A DNA stretch of 64,000 bases from Sulfurimonas sp. (GTDB lineage: Bacteria > Campylobacterota > Campylobacteria > Campylobacterales > Sulfurimonadaceae), in the NCBI GenBank assembly GCA_030949825.1, contig JAUZSC010000031.1:76541-140540 (forward strand), written 5' to 3'. The position numbers were made by a program, and so were the translations under genes. Below, in pieces: positions 32,470 through 43,949 of this stretch. The notes beneath the pieces were generated by a model. That model did no database searches. It was not told the DNA's origin and saw nothing but the letters and a program-made list of their open reading frames with translations. Position 1 is the first letter of the stretch, and the number at the start of each line of letters is the position of its first letter.

Positions 32470-33360
32470 TTGATGCAAAGAGTTGAATTAGAAATAGATA
32501 GACTAATCAAAGAGATAGATTATGATGAGGTTACTCGTCTGTTTAAAATGCTTAGTGGTGGTAAAAGACTCCGTGCAAAGTTAATTCTTAAAATCGCACC
32601 CGAGCATGAAAAAGCACCTTTACTTGCAGCTATAGTTGAACTTATCCATGGGGCAAGTCTTTTGCATGATGATGTGATAGATGAGGCTTTAACACGCCGC
32701 GGAGTTAGCTCCGTTAATGCGACAGAGGGTAGTAAAACTGCTGTAATGCTTGGAGATGTTCTTTATTCAAAGGCTTTTACTGAACTTGTTTCTTTTGAAC
32801 CTGAAGTGGCAAGAGTTGTCGCGCGCTCCGTTACAGAGCTTTCAAAAGGTGAAATGATGGATGTCAAAATGGCAGATAGTTTTAACTTTGATGAAAAAAA
32901 ATACCTTGATATGCTCTACCTTAAAACGGCAACACTTATAGAAGCAGCCTCTATTGCATCTGCTCTATTAGTAGGTAAAGATTCTGCTAAATATGGAGTT
33001 TATGGAAGAAACCTTGGGCTTTCTTTTCAGATAATAGATGATATTTTAGATATTACAGCAGATGCAGCGACGATGGGAAAACCTACAATGCATGATTTTG
33101 TAGAAGGCAAATGTACGCTGCCATATATTTACCTTTATGAGGCTTTAAATGAAGAAGATAGAAAAAGGCTTCAATCTTCACATGCAAAAAGTATAGATGC
33201 AGCAGAAGTTGAGTGGATTAAAAGTAAGATGGGGCAACATAAGACGATAGAAAAATCATTTAAACTTGCTCGTAAGCTTTCTAGCGAAGCAATGAACGCT
33301 GTAAAAGATGATGAGGCACTCGTTGAGATTTTGCAAACAATGATAAAAAGAAATTATTAA
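32470..33360 (+). CDS. Polyprenyl diphosphate synthase (IspB-like)
   Basis: GGKRLR, LLHDDVID..RRG, FQIIDDILD and EGK motifs. Confidence 0.93.
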   Translation: MMQRVELEIDRLIKEIDYDEVTRLFKMLSGGKRLRAKLILKIAPEHEKAPLLAAIVELIHGASLLHDDVIDEALTRRGVSSVNATEGSKTAVMLGDVLYSKAFTELVSFEPEVARVVARSVTELSKGEMMDVKMADSFNFDEKKYLDMLYLKTATLIEAASIASALLVGKDSAKYGVYGRNLGLSFQIIDDILDITADAATMGKPTMHDFVEGKCTLPYIYLYEALNEEDRKRLQSSHAKSIDAAEVEWIKSKMGQHKTIEKSFKLARKLSSEAMNAVKDDEALVEILQTMIKRNY

Positions 33361-34637
33361 TGCATTATTTAAATATTAGTTTTTCACATAAAAACTCAAG
33401 TATTGAGGTGCGTGAAAAATTATCATATCCTCATGAAAGTGATATGCATGGATGTTTAAAAAAATTAAACAGCTCTAAATTTATCAATGAATCAATCCTA
33501 ATATCGACATGCAATAGAATGGAAGTACTTTGTTCATGTAATGATGTCCTAGAAGCTACAAGCTATATACTCTCTGTTTTAAGCAAGCGTGCAGGCTTAA
33601 GTGTTAAAGAACTCAAAGAGCATGCAGATATATTTGATGATAGTTCTGCTGTTCATCATGTATTTTCTGTTGCATCTTCACTTGATTCTATGGTTCTTGG
33701 TGAAACACAAATCGCAGGACAACTCAAAGATGCTTTTAGATTTTCTTATGATAATGGCTACTGTGCTAAAAAACTAGCAAGGACAATGAAAAGCGCTTTT
33801 TCATGTGCAGCAAAAGTAAGAAATACTACAGATATATCCTCAAAACCTGTTTCTATGGCTAGTGTTGCTGTATCGAAATTAAAATCTGTTGTGAGTGATT
33901 TAAAAGATAAAAAAGTTTTGATTATAGGTGTGGGTGAGATGTCTGAGATTACGGCGAAGCATCTTATTTCTGCTGGTTGTGATGTGTCGGTTATGAACAG
34001 AACCAAACACAAGGCTGAAAAATTTGCTTTAAGCTATGGTGTAAAACAAATAGATTATGAAGAGTTACCCAGCGCAATAAATAAATTTAACATCATTTTT
34101 ACGGCTACATCGGCGCCTGAACCAATTCTAAAATACAGCATGGTTAAGCTTTGTAACTTTGAAAGATATTGGTTTGATTTAGCACTTCCTCGAGATATAG
34201 AATCTTTTACTCGAGGAGATATTCAACTTTTTGTCATTGATGATTTAAAGTTGATTGTAGATGAAAATCTAGGTTTTAGAGAAAAGGCAGCGCGGACTGC
34301 ACAAGGGATTATCGGAAGAGAAATCGTTACATTTTTTGAGTCCCTAGCTTCACTTGATATAGAACCTGTAATAAAAGAAATCTATAAAAAAGCGTATACT
34401 TCAGCACGCGAGGAAACTGCGAGGGTAATGAAAAAAGGCTTTATTCCTCGTGAATATGAAGATGAGGCTAGAAAAATGTGTGAACAAACTTTGAAAAGAT
34501 TTTTACATGAAATGACTTTGAGTATGCGAAATTCATCGGACATGACAGGACATGCACTTACTACAAATATGATGCATATCTTTTCTCAAAGTATCGAAAA
34601 ACAAGTATTTATAAAGGAAGAATGTGAAAAGAAGTAG
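33360..34637 (+). CDS. hemA: Glutamyl-tRNA reductase
   Basis: [28 protein letters not shown] and DLALPRDI motifs. Confidence 0.95.
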   Translation: MHYLNISFSHKNSSIEVREKLSYPHESDMHGCLKKLNSSKFINESILISTCNRMEVLCSCNDVLEATSYILSVLSKRAGLSVKELKEHADIFDDSSAVHHVFSVASSLDSMVLGETQIAGQLKDAFRFSYDNGYCAKKLARTMKSAFSCAAKVRNTTDISSKPVSMASVAVSKLKSVVSDLKDKKVLIIGVGEMSEITAKHLISAGCDVSVMNRTKHKAEKFALSYGVKQIDYEELPSAINKFNIIFTATSAPEPILKYSMVKLCNFERYWFDLALPRDIESFTRGDIQLFVIDDLKLIVDENLGFREKAARTAQGIIGREIVTFFESLASLDIEPVIKEIYKKAYTSAREETARVMKKGFIPREYEDEARKMCEQTLKRFLHEMTLSMRNSSDMTGHALTTNMMHIFSQSIEKQVFIKEECEKK

Positions 34638-35925
34638 AGCTTTTATACCAACAACAAAAGAGGTTCCATCAGATGCAAGCTTAGCGAGTCATCAGTTTTT
34701 AGTGCGTGGTGGATTTATTAACCAACAAGGAGCGGGACTTTATAATTTTATGCCACTTGGTAAAATTGTATTAGAAAAGATCAAAAGAATCGTAAAAGAA
34801 GAACTTGATAAAGTAGGTTGCAATGAAGTACAACTTCCATTTGTAACACCTATTTCTCTTTGGGAAAAAAGTGGTCGCTCTGAGACTATGGGTAAAGAGA
34901 TGCTTAGAATTCAAGATAGACATGAAAATACTTTTGTACTAAGCCCTACCAATGAAGAAGCGATGGTAGAACTTGTGAAAAATAGAGTAAATTCATATAA
35001 AGACCTACCCATTAACCTTTACCAAATAAATACAAAATTCCGTGATGAAGCACGCCCTAGATACGGTCTTTTAAGAGGACGAGAGTTTTTAATGAAAGAT
35101 GGATACTCTTTTCATGCATCCAAAGAAGATATGCTTCGAGAATTTGAGCTGATGGAAGCCACTTATAAAAAAATATTTACGAGATTAGGACTTGAATTTA
35201 GAGTTGTTCAAGCAGATGCTGGTGCTATTGGTGGAGATGCAAGTAAAGAATTTCATGTTTTAGCTGATAGCGGCGAAGATACACTTGTTATCTGTGAAGC
35301 GTGTGATTATGGTGCCAATACTGAGACTTTATTTGATGAAGAAAAAGTAAATGCTTTAAATGAAATTTCCTATGAAGATTTACAAACAAAGACTATAGAT
35401 AAAAAATGTTCTTGTGGGGCAAAGCTTAGCTTTAAAAAAGGTATAGAAGTAGGGCATATATTTCAACTTGGAGATAGATATTCACAAGCACTTGATGCAA
35501 AGTTTAATGATGAAAATGGAAAACCTAAAGCGTTTCTCATGGCTACATTTGGAATAGGTGTGAGTCGTCTTGTAGCATCTGTGATAGAACAAAACCACGA
35601 TGAAAATGGATGCATATGGACGAGAGAAACTGCTCCCTATAAGGTGAATATCATGGTGTCAAATATTAAAGATGCTGAGCAAAGTGAATTGGGTGAAAAA
35701 CTTTATAAAGAACTTCAAGATAAAAATGTTGAAGTAATCTTAGATGATAGAAAAGAAAGATTTGGTTTTAAAATGAAAGATGCTGAGCTTATCGGTTTCC
35801 CGTATACCATCATTATAGGTAAAGAACTTGCTAATGATGCGGTACAAATTTACGATAGAAAAACTACAGAGAAAACATCGGTAAATGTAGATACGATAAT
35901 GAGTACAATCATGGAACTGCTATAA
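34624..35925 (+). CDS. proS: Prolyl-tRNA synthetase, short form without full editing domain
   Basis: [36 protein letters not shown] and GIGVSR motifs; only 433 aa. Confidence 0.96.
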   Translation: MKRSRAFIPTTKEVPSDASLASHQFLVRGGFINQQGAGLYNFMPLGKIVLEKIKRIVKEELDKVGCNEVQLPFVTPISLWEKSGRSETMGKEMLRIQDRHENTFVLSPTNEEAMVELVKNRVNSYKDLPINLYQINTKFRDEARPRYGLLRGREFLMKDGYSFHASKEDMLREFELMEATYKKIFTRLGLEFRVVQADAGAIGGDASKEFHVLADSGEDTLVICEACDYGANTETLFDEEKVNALNEISYEDLQTKTIDKKCSCGAKLSFKKGIEVGHIFQLGDRYSQALDAKFNDENGKPKAFLMATFGIGVSRLVASVIEQNHDENGCIWTRETAPYKVNIMVSNIKDAEQSELGEKLYKELQDKNVEVILDDRKERFGFKMKDAELIGFPYTIIIGKELANDAVQIYDRKTTEKTSVNVDTIMSTIMELL

Positions 35926-35926
35926 G

Positions 35927-36355
35927 ATGCTATATTTTCTTTTATATCTTTTTTTAGAAGTTGTAATTTCTATGCAAATTGCAGCATTTATTGGTGCAAT
36001 AGCCACATTTCTTGCAATTGTACTCAGTGCATTTGTTGGAATTGGAATTTTAATTAACTTTAGAAAAACATTAGTTGAAAATATGACAGCAGTTTCTTAC
36101 AACTGTATAGATTTAGAACAGTTCCAAAGACTCAACTTATTTACTTTATTCGGGGCTGTGTTCTTGATTATTCCTGGTTTTTTAACAGATATTTTTGGAA
36201 TTGTTATGCAGTTTAGTGTGCTTACAACTATGCTTGTTAACCGATATCATGTAAAATCAGATAAGTGTAAACCTTCATACGAAGAAAACCATATAAAAAA
36301 GGATCATGATGTCATTGATGTTGAAATTATTAGCGACAGCTCTACTCTTAAGTAG
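35927..36355 (+). CDS. fxsA: FxsA family membrane protein
   Basis: YLFLEV, LIIPGFLTDIFG and VIDVE motifs. Confidence 0.85.
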   Translation: MLYFLLYLFLEVVISMQIAAFIGAIATFLAIVLSAFVGIGILINFRKTLVENMTAVSYNCIDLEQFQRLNLFTLFGAVFLIIPGFLTDIFGIVMQFSVLTTMLVNRYHVKSDKCKPSYEENHIKKDHDVIDVEIISDSSTLK

Positions 36356-37142
36356 TGTTCTAGCGGCAAATACAGACAAAGAAGTTAGAGATTTTTTAAA
36401 AGAATCTTTTAGTAATAATCCAGCTATAGTAGAGCTAGATGTAGAAATATCCCAGAGAATGAAAGTTCCAACTATGAAAGGATGGGACGCGCTTATAATT
36501 GTAGTGAATGCTACAGTTAAAGCAAAGCCAAAAAACCGTAAAGTAAAACAAAAAATGATTTGGTTTACTGATGGTAAGGTGATTACAAAAGAGTTAACAA
36601 ATATTAAGACTGGTGAATCTCTTAAAGATTTAGTAAGTCCAACTTTTAAAGACTCGTACTATAAAAAAGAGAATCTTATTTATGGAAATGCAGATGCTAC
36701 ACACAAAATAGCTATTTTTTCTGACCCTTTATGCCCATTTTGTGGAACATTTGTACCTAAAATAATTAAAGAGATGAAAAAACAGCCAAATAAATTTGCA
36801 GTTTATTATTATCATTTTCCTCTTCCTGCTCTGCATCCAGCAGCAGTGGAACTCTCTCTTGCAGCAATAGCAGCTGAGTTACAAGGAAAAAAAGATGTTG
36901 TACTTAGTATGTACAATGTGAACCTAGATGCAAAAGAAAGAAATGTAGTGAAAATTCTCAAAGCATTTAACAAAACGATGCATACAAATATTAAGCCATC
37001 TGACTTACAATCGCGTGAAGTTCAAGAACATTTCGCGAATGATTTAAAGATTGCAGATGCTGTAATGGTTCAAGGTACACCAACTATGTTTCTTAATGGT
37101 GTCCAAGACAAGTCAAAGCGTAAATGGGAAAAGGTTAAATAA
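36306..37142 (+). CDS. DsbA/DsbC-like periplasmic thioredoxin-fold protein
   Basis: Signal peptide, FSDPLCPFC, HFPL and GTPT motifs. Confidence 0.85.
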   Translation: MMSLMLKLLATALLLSSVLAANTDKEVRDFLKESFSNNPAIVELDVEISQRMKVPTMKGWDALIIVVNATVKAKPKNRKVKQKMIWFTDGKVITKELTNIKTGESLKDLVSPTFKDSYYKKENLIYGNADATHKIAIFSDPLCPFCGTFVPKIIKEMKKQPNKFAVYYYHFPLPALHPAAVELSLAAIAAELQGKKDVVLSMYNVNLDAKERNVVKILKAFNKTMHTNIKPSDLQSREVQEHFANDLKIADAVMVQGTPTMFLNGVQDKSKRKWEKVK

Positions 37143-37145
37143 TTA

Positions 37146-38105
37146 ATGAATAAGATTATTATAGCTACACGCGTATCTGACCTAGCACTTTGGCAGGCAT
37201 ATCATGTTAAAGATAGAATCGAGGAAAAATATCCTGAAATTACAGTTGAGCTAAATAAAATTGTAAGTAATGGTGATAAGATTTTAGATAAACCTTTAGC
37301 ACTTATCGGTGGTAAAGGTCATTTTACAAAAGAACTCGAAGATGCAATGCTCGCGGGAGAAGCACATATGGCAGTGCATAGTTTAAAAGATGTTCCTACA
37401 TATATTCCAAAAGGACTTGCACTTGTGTCTGTAACACAAAGACAAGACCAAAGTGATGTATTTCTTTCTCATAAATATGACTCATTAGAAGCACTCCCAA
37501 AGGGTGCAGTAGTTGGAACAACAAGTTTAAGACGAAGAATGCAACTCCTCCAAAGTAGACCTGATTTAAAAGTAAAAGACCTACGAGGCAATGTAAATAC
37601 ACGACTTAGAAAACTTGAAGAAGGGCAGTATGATGCGATTATTTTGGCATATATTGGTCTTTATAGATTAGACCTACTAAAAGATGTTCCTTTTACGCAA
37701 AAACTCTCCCTTGATACGATGATTCCTCCAATGGGTCAAGCTGCACTTGGTATTGAAATAGTATCAAACAATCAAAAAATCCGCGAAATAGCAATAGCTC
37801 TCAATGATGTAGATACTTTTATATGTACTCAAATTGAGCGAGATTTTATAGCTAAAATTGGAGCAGGGTGCTCGGCTCCTGTTGCCTGTAATGCGGTACG
37901 GAATGGGAATGAAATCACTTTAAGAATAATGTTAGGTTATCCTGATGGAACACATATCATGAATGAAAAAGTAACACGCGATGTATGGGACAGTAAAAAA
38001 TTAGGTTCAGAAATAGCAGAAAATATGATAGATAATGGCGCATTAGAACTCCTTAAAAAAGCAGAAGAAATAGCATTTAAAGATGAGATGCCACAAAGGT
38101 TATAA
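37146..38105 (+). CDS. hemC: Hydroxymethylbilane synthase
   Basis: GGKGHFTKELE, VHSLKDVP, LRGNVNTRL and GCSAP motifs. Confidence 0.96.
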   Translation: MNKIIIATRVSDLALWQAYHVKDRIEEKYPEITVELNKIVSNGDKILDKPLALIGGKGHFTKELEDAMLAGEAHMAVHSLKDVPTYIPKGLALVSVTQRQDQSDVFLSHKYDSLEALPKGAVVGTTSLRRRMQLLQSRPDLKVKDLRGNVNTRLRKLEEGQYDAIILAYIGLYRLDLLKDVPFTQKLSLDTMIPPMGQAALGIEIVSNNQKIREIAIALNDVDTFICTQIERDFIAKIGAGCSAPVACNAVRNGNEITLRIMLGYPDGTHIMNEKVTRDVWDSKKLGSEIAENMIDNGALELLKKAEEIAFKDEMPQRL

Positions 38106-38112
38106 TTAATTT

Positions 38113-39927
38113 ATGAAAAAAACAATAGAACTATTAAAAACACATAATGAATTAATAATTATAGATGATGCATTAGATATATATTTAGAGATTCCACATA
38201 TCGCTTATGTTGAAGTAAAAAAGAAAGATGGTGGCAAAGCACTTCTGTTTACAAATGTTGTAGATAAAAAAAATAATAAAAAATTTGATGAACCTGTTCT
38301 TATGAATCTTTTTGGTTCTTATAGACGCTGTGAATTATTATTTGGAAGAACGATTGAGTCTGTTGCAGATGAAATAAATGGACTCCTTCATATGAAACCT
38401 CCATCGGGATTTGCAGAAAAAATTTCCATGGCTTCTCAGCTCTTTTCAATGAAAAATATTTTTCCTAAGCGTTTATCAGGCAAAGGCGAATGTCAGACAG
38501 TTCAATATCTGGGCGATGACATAGACTTATATAAATTACCAGTCCTTACTACATGGGAACAAGATGGGGGTCCATTTATAACCATGGGACAAGTCTATAC
38601 GCAAAGTCTTGATGGTGATATGGTTAATCTTGGAATGTACAGACTTCAAGTCTATGATAAAAATCATTTAGGGATGCACTGGCAAATACACAAAGACAGT
38701 TCTCACTTCTTTGATCAGTACCAAAAAGCCGGTAAAAAAATGCCTGTTAGCATAGCAATAGGTGGTAATCCTCTCTATACTTGGTGTGCAACTGCTCCTT
38801 TACCGTATGGAGTAAATGAATTACTTATGTATGGACTTATAACAAAAACACCAGCAAAACTTGTAAAATCCCTGACTACACCTCTTTACATACCTGAGGA
38901 TGTTGATTATGTGATTGAAGGCTGGGTGGATACGAATGATTTAAAAGTTGAAGGTCCATTTGGTGATCATACAGGTTACTATACTTTAGCTGAACAATAC
39001 CCTGCAATGCAAGTAAGTGCGATTACTACAAAAAAAGAAAAGGTATTTTTAGCTACAGTTGTTGGAAAACCACCTTTAGAAGATAAATACATGGGTTGGG
39101 CAACAGGAAAAATATTTTTTCCATTATTAAAAACTACAGTGCCAGATTTAATTGACTACCATATGCCTGAAAATGCTGGTTTTCATAATCTTATTATTGG
39201 AAAAATGAAGACGCTTTATAAGGGACATGCTAAGCAGTTTATGCATGCCTTTTGGGGTGTTGGTCAAATGAGTTTTGTAAAACATGCAGTATTTGTAGAT
39301 GAAAAAGCTCCCAGCTTAGATAATTATGAATCATTAACTATGTATATTTTAAATAGGTTTACACCAAAGTGTATGTTTATTACAGAAGGTATCTTAGATG
39401 CACTTGACCATTCTTCTCCTGAAACCTTAGTTGGTGGGAAATTAGGAATAGATGTAACATCGGCACATGTTGTCGAAGCTCCTGAATTTATACACGATAG
39501 CGAACTCCTTCAAAAGATTCAAAATCTAGTACCCGATGTTGTCGCGCTTCATCAGTATATGACAATGACTAAAAATCCAATCACTGTGATAAGTGTAAAT
39601 AAAACGCAATCTTGTAAAATATCTTTCCAAGCCATAGAATCTCTCTCTAATTATATGAGAATAGTAGTCTTTATCGATGAAGCTAAAAATGATATTTTTA
39701 ATCCTTATATGTTAGTTTGGAGAGTTACAAATAACATAGATGCTCTTCGAGATATTTATACAAAAGATTTAATGGTGGGGATTGACGGAACTAATAAAAA
39801 TAAGCTTGACAATTTTACAAGAGAATGGCCTGGAGATGTTGAATGTACACGCTCTGTTATAGACTCTTTAAAAGAGCGTAATATATGGAATTTTGAAGAT
39901 AAACTGTCTAATAAGTTTCAGATATAA
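38113..39927 (+). CDS. UbiD-family menaquinone biosynthesis decarboxylase (futalosine pathway)
   Basis: NLGMYR, MHWQIHK, EGPFGDHTGYY and GKPPLED motifs. Confidence 0.9.
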   Translation: MKKTIELLKTHNELIIIDDALDIYLEIPHIAYVEVKKKDGGKALLFTNVVDKKNNKKFDEPVLMNLFGSYRRCELLFGRTIESVADEINGLLHMKPPSGFAEKISMASQLFSMKNIFPKRLSGKGECQTVQYLGDDIDLYKLPVLTTWEQDGGPFITMGQVYTQSLDGDMVNLGMYRLQVYDKNHLGMHWQIHKDSSHFFDQYQKAGKKMPVSIAIGGNPLYTWCATAPLPYGVNELLMYGLITKTPAKLVKSLTTPLYIPEDVDYVIEGWVDTNDLKVEGPFGDHTGYYTLAEQYPAMQVSAITTKKEKVFLATVVGKPPLEDKYMGWATGKIFFPLLKTTVPDLIDYHMPENAGFHNLIIGKMKTLYKGHAKQFMHAFWGVGQMSFVKHAVFVDEKAPSLDNYESLTMYILNRFTPKCMFITEGILDALDHSSPETLVGGKLGIDVTSAHVVEAPEFIHDSELLQKIQNLVPDVVALHQYMTMTKNPITVISVNKTQSCKISFQAIESLSNYMRIVVFIDEAKNDIFNPYMLVWRVTNNIDALRDIYTKDLMVGIDGTNKNKLDNFTREWPGDVECTRSVIDSLKERNIWNFEDKLSNKFQI

Positions 39928-40009
39928 GTATAAATTTTTAAAATACTTAGTTTAAAGGTTTTTATTATAATCTTTGATGTAGTATAAGTGTAATTATGCA
40001 GGAGTATAT

Positions 40010-40342
40010 ATGAAAAAAATTATTCTTATTATATTATTAACTACATTGGCTTTTTCATTCTTAAATGCTAGTATATATAAAGGGCAAAGGTACTTTCAAA
40101 AAAAATGTCTTTCTTGTCATGGTAAAGCATTAAAATTTGTTACAGAAAAATCTTATAATGAGTGGGAAGAATATCTTGCTGATGATGGTGATGTTATGTA
40201 CGAAATACATGAAGATGCTGATGAGGCTACTGATTCAATGAAGTATTTTCAAAGTAGTAAATACAGAAGAAGTATGAAACATTTTAGAGATTTCTTTTTA
40301 GAATATGCTTCAGATACAGGAAATATCCCAGCCTGCGAATAA
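40010..40342 (+). CDS. Periplasmic monoheme cytochrome c
   Basis: Signal peptide and CLSCH heme motif. Confidence 0.85.
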   Translation: MKKIILIILLTTLAFSFLNASIYKGQRYFQKKCLSCHGKALKFVTEKSYNEWEEYLADDGDVMYEIHEDADEATDSMKYFQSSKYRRSMKHFRDFFLEYASDTGNIPACE

Positions 40343-40349
40343 TTTTTAA

Positions 40350-40375
40350 TAGACATAAGCCAAGTCTTGTGTCTA
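40350..40375 (+). terminator. Hairpin after the cytochrome c gene
   Basis: TAGACATAAG-N6-CTTGTGTCTA stem (one G-U pair) followed by CTTT. Confidence 0.45.
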
Positions 40376-40443
40376 CTTTCATAAAGCTTACTTTAGATAA
40401 AATACAAAACTTTAAAAAAATAACTAAAATCAAGGAATATTTT

Positions 40444-41823
40444 ATGGATAAAATGTGGTCAGGTCGTTTTAGCGCGAGTGCATCTTCACTTTTAGATGAA
40501 TTTAATGCTTCTATTATGTATGATAGAAAACTTTATAGAGAAGATATTGAAGGTTCACTAGCGCATGCTGCAATGCTCGCTAAACAAGGTGTTTTAAACA
40601 CAGACGAACTTCGTCAAATTACTGACGGTTTAAATCAGATAATAAAAGAGATAGAATCTGGCGAGTTTGAGTGGAAAATTGAAGATGAAGATTTACATAT
40701 GGGAATCGAGAAACGATTAACGAGTCTTATCGGCGATGCCGGTAAAAAACTTCATACTGGGCGAAGCAGAAATGATCAAGTAGCTGTTGATTTTAGACGC
40801 TATGTTCTTCGAAAAAATGCTGATATTGTTAAAGCTTTGAAACTCTTAATGCAAGAAGTAATTGTGGTTGCAGATAAGCACACAAATACTATGATTCCTG
40901 GTATGACACACTTACAACATGCACAACCGATAAATTTTGCTTTTCATTTAGCTGCTTATTTATCAATGTTTAAACGCGATATTGAGAGATTTGAAAGTTC
41001 AGCAGAGCGTAATAATATTTCACCATTAGGTTGTGCTGCATTAGCAGGAACACCACATCCTGTTGACCGTAATATGACAGCAGAAATCTTAGGTTTTGAT
41101 TCTGTGAGCGTAAACTGTTTAGACACAGTAAGTGATAGAGATTTTGCTCTTGAGATTCTTTTTAACATCTCAACGATGATGATGCATATTTCCCGTTTAA
41201 GTGAAGAACTTGTTATGTGGTCATCGTATGAGTTTGGATTTGTAGAACTTAGTGATGAGTACTCAACAGGAAGTTCAATCATGCCACAAAAGAAAAACCC
41301 TGATGTTCCTGAGCTTCTTCGTGGAAAAACAGGTCGTGTTTATGGTTCTTTAATGGGACTTTTAACAGTTATGAAAGGACTTCCATTAGCGTATAACAAA
41401 GATACACAAGAAGATAAAGAAGGTGTTTTTGACGCAGTCGAGACAGCTGAAATATCTTTAGAGATTTTAAAAGAAGCACTCAAAACTATGGAAGTGAAAT
41501 CTCACAATATGGAATCAGCATGTGCCATTGGACATTTATCAGCAACTGACTTAGCAGATTATTTAGTGGCAAAATGTGATATTCCATTCCGTGAAGCACA
41601 TTTTATAACGGGTCGAGCAGTTGCAAAAGGTGAAGAAATTAAGATTGATTTATCTAAAATGGACTTAACAGACCTTCAAGCAATTGATGAGAGAATAGGC
41701 GAAGATGTAATAGAGTACTTAGGACTCAGACACTCAATGAATGCAAGAACTTCAGAGGGTGGAACAGCAACAGTACGAACACAAGAACAATTAGAATATT
41801 TTAAAAACTACCTAAAAGGATAA
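40444..41823 (+). CDS. argH: Argininosuccinate lyase
   Basis: MWSGRF start, [21 protein letters not shown]. Confidence 0.97.
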   Translation: MDKMWSGRFSASASSLLDEFNASIMYDRKLYREDIEGSLAHAAMLAKQGVLNTDELRQITDGLNQIIKEIESGEFEWKIEDEDLHMGIEKRLTSLIGDAGKKLHTGRSRNDQVAVDFRRYVLRKNADIVKALKLLMQEVIVVADKHTNTMIPGMTHLQHAQPINFAFHLAAYLSMFKRDIERFESSAERNNISPLGCAALAGTPHPVDRNMTAEILGFDSVSVNCLDTVSDRDFALEILFNISTMMMHISRLSEELVMWSSYEFGFVELSDEYSTGSSIMPQKKNPDVPELLRGKTGRVYGSLMGLLTVMKGLPLAYNKDTQEDKEGVFDAVETAEISLEILKEALKTMEVKSHNMESACAIGHLSATDLADYLVAKCDIPFREAHFITGRAVAKGEEIKIDLSKMDLTDLQAIDERIGEDVIEYLGLRHSMNARTSEGGTATVRTQEQLEYFKNYLKG

Positions 41824-41828
41824 TAACT

Positions 41829-42293
41829 ATGAAAGTAACTGTAACACATTTAGATGGAATGAAATTTGAGGCAAAAACGCCTAAAAGTAGTTTTATAATT
41901 GACTGTCCTGTAATTTCTCCTATAGACTATTTTTTATCTGGAATTATTACATGCAGTGCTACAGATATTATTTTGATGCCAAAAAATCAAGATAAAACTG
42001 TAACTGACTTAGTTGTAGATGGTGAAGTTTTACGCAATGAGGCGCATCCATGTAAGTTTAATACACTGCATTTAACATACAACTTTAATTCAGATGCTGA
42101 TGACACAATGGCATCCCGTTGGGTTATGGCTTCACTTGAGACATACTGTTCAACGATTAACACTATCCGCGATACTACTAAAATTACCTATTCTATTACA
42201 CATAATGGAAACCTTATCAAGGAAAATGAAGCACTTATTTCAGGTGGTGCTTCAAGTATTGATATGGGTCAAATTGAGTCGTGTCCAAGTTAA
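41829..42293 (+). CDS. OsmC family protein
   Basis: SP..LSG..TCSATD and YCS cysteine pair. Confidence 0.8.
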   Translation: MKVTVTHLDGMKFEAKTPKSSFIIDCPVISPIDYFLSGIITCSATDIILMPKNQDKTVTDLVVDGEVLRNEAHPCKFNTLHLTYNFNSDADDTMASRWVMASLETYCSTINTIRDTTKITYSITHNGNLIKENEALISGGASSIDMGQIESCPS

Positions 42294-42321
42294 TATAAAC
42301 TTTTAAAATAAACTTCTTCTA

Positions 42322-42346
42322 ATTTCATGACAATTTGTCATGAAAT
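42322..42346. promoter_or_regulatory. Perfect 12-1-12 palindrome, operator-like
   Basis: ATTTCATGACAA-T-TTGTCATGAAAT, upstream of a TAAAAT -10 near 42370. Confidence 0.6.
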
Positions 42347-42394
42347 GAACTTCTTCCTCTTTTTTTGCATAAAATACACTCATAAGGATTAATT

Positions 42395-42508
42395 ATGATT
42401 GAAATGGCAAGTGTATTAGTAGGAAGTTTAGTGTTGATGATGATTGCATATGAGTTTAGATTTCTCTCAAAGAGAGAGTGGGGCGAAAACCAAAAAAGTT
42501 TTTTTTAA
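42395..42508 (+). CDS. Unannotated 37-aa single-pass membrane peptide
   Basis: AAGGA RBS; MIEMASVLVGSLVLMMIAYEFRFLSKREWGENQKSFF*; stop overlaps the convergent HIT stop (TTAA). Confidence 0.6.
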   Translation: MIEMASVLVGSLVLMMIAYEFRFLSKREWGENQKSFF

Positions 42509-42834
42509 AAGTTACCCCATGATAATTTTTTGCCACCGAGTATATGAAAGTGTAAATGAGGAACTTCTTGTCCTCCATTTTCACCAATGTTGGTAATGAC
42601 ACGGTATCCATCTTTGTCTATTTTTACTTTTTTGGCTACTTCTTGAATGAAAGAAGTCATTCCGGACATATTCTGCGGTGTGACATCGTTAAAACTAGTA
42701 AAGTGAGTTTTTGGAATCGTTAAAATATGAGATGGAGCTTTTGGGCTAATATCTTCCAAGGCTAAAAAATCCTCATTTTCTAAGATAATAGTTGATGGAA
42801 TTTCTTTATTTACAATTTTACAAAATAGACACAT
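42505..42834 (-). CDS. HIT family nucleotide-binding protein (HinT-like)
   Basis: CLFCKI start and GQEVPHLHFH motif. Confidence 0.93.
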   Translation of the reverse strand: MCLFCKIVNKEIPSTIILENEDFLALEDISPKAPSHILTIPKTHFTSFNDVTPQNMSGMTSFIQEVAKKVKIDKDGYRVITNIGENGGQEVPHLHFHILGGKKLSWGNF

Positions 42835-42955
42835 GCGTCTTTCCTTTTTCTTAAGTTAGTTACATTATTGTAGCATAGAAAATAGTGGTGAAGCTGTATA
42901 TAATGATTTTTTTTATATAATGAGAGATAAATTTTTATAAATATGGATAAGTCTA

Positions 42956-43949
42956 TTGAAAGAATGGTACGACAAAATAAACGAAGCTAAGACGGTAAAA
43001 TCTCTTGAAGATATACGCTTAGCTGTATTTGGAAAAAAAAGGTGTTTTAGCAGAAGAGTTTGCTAAAATGAAAACTGCTCCAAATGAAGAAAAAGGGCGA
43101 ATTGCAAAAGATTTAAATACACATAAAAGCACTCTGATGAGTGAATTTACTGCTAAAAAAATCACTTTGCAAACATTAGAACTTCAGATTGCTATGCAAG
43201 CAGAATCAATCGATGTTTCTTTATTTAGTACGAGTTCCGAAGCTGGTGCATTGCACCCTGTAATGGAAACGATGGATAAAATTGTAGAGTACTTTTCTTC
43301 AATGAACTTTGCTGTAAAAACTGGAAATATGATAGAAGATGACTTTAATAACTTTGAAGCGCTTAATCTTCCTAAATACCACCCAGCAAGAGATATGCAA
43401 GATACTTTTTATTTTAAAGATGAAATGCTTCTTCGTACACATACATCACCGGTTCAAATTAGAACGATGATGAATACAAAACCACCTATTCGTATGATAG
43501 CCCCTGGTGCCGTGTTTAGAAGAGATTATGATTTAACACATACTCCTATGTTTCATCAGGTTGAAGGTCTTTTAGTTGATGAGGAAGGAAAAGTTTCTTT
43601 TGCTAATTTAAAGTATATTTTAGAAGATTTTTTAAAGTATATGTTTGGTGATATTGAAGTTCGTTTTCGTCCTTCTTTTTTTCCTTTTACTGAGCCTTCT
43701 GCTGAAGTAGATATTTCATGTGTTTTTTGTAATGCTAAAGGCTGTCGTGTTTGTTCAAAAACAGGTTGGTTAGAAGTTCTTGGATGTGGCATAGTAGATC
43801 CAAATGTTTTTAAAGCAGTAAAGTATAAAAATGTAAGTGGTTATGCTTTTGGATTGGGCGTTGAGCGATTTGCAATGCTTATACATCAGATTGGTGATTT
43901 AAGATCACTTTTTGAGGGAGATATTAAATTGTTGGAGCAGTTTCAATGA
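42956..43949 (+). CDS. pheS: Phenylalanyl-tRNA synthetase alpha subunit (A-run frameshift near 43035)
   Basis: TTG start (MKEWYDKI..FGKKG), [17 protein letters not shown] and FGLGVERF motifs. Confidence 0.96.
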
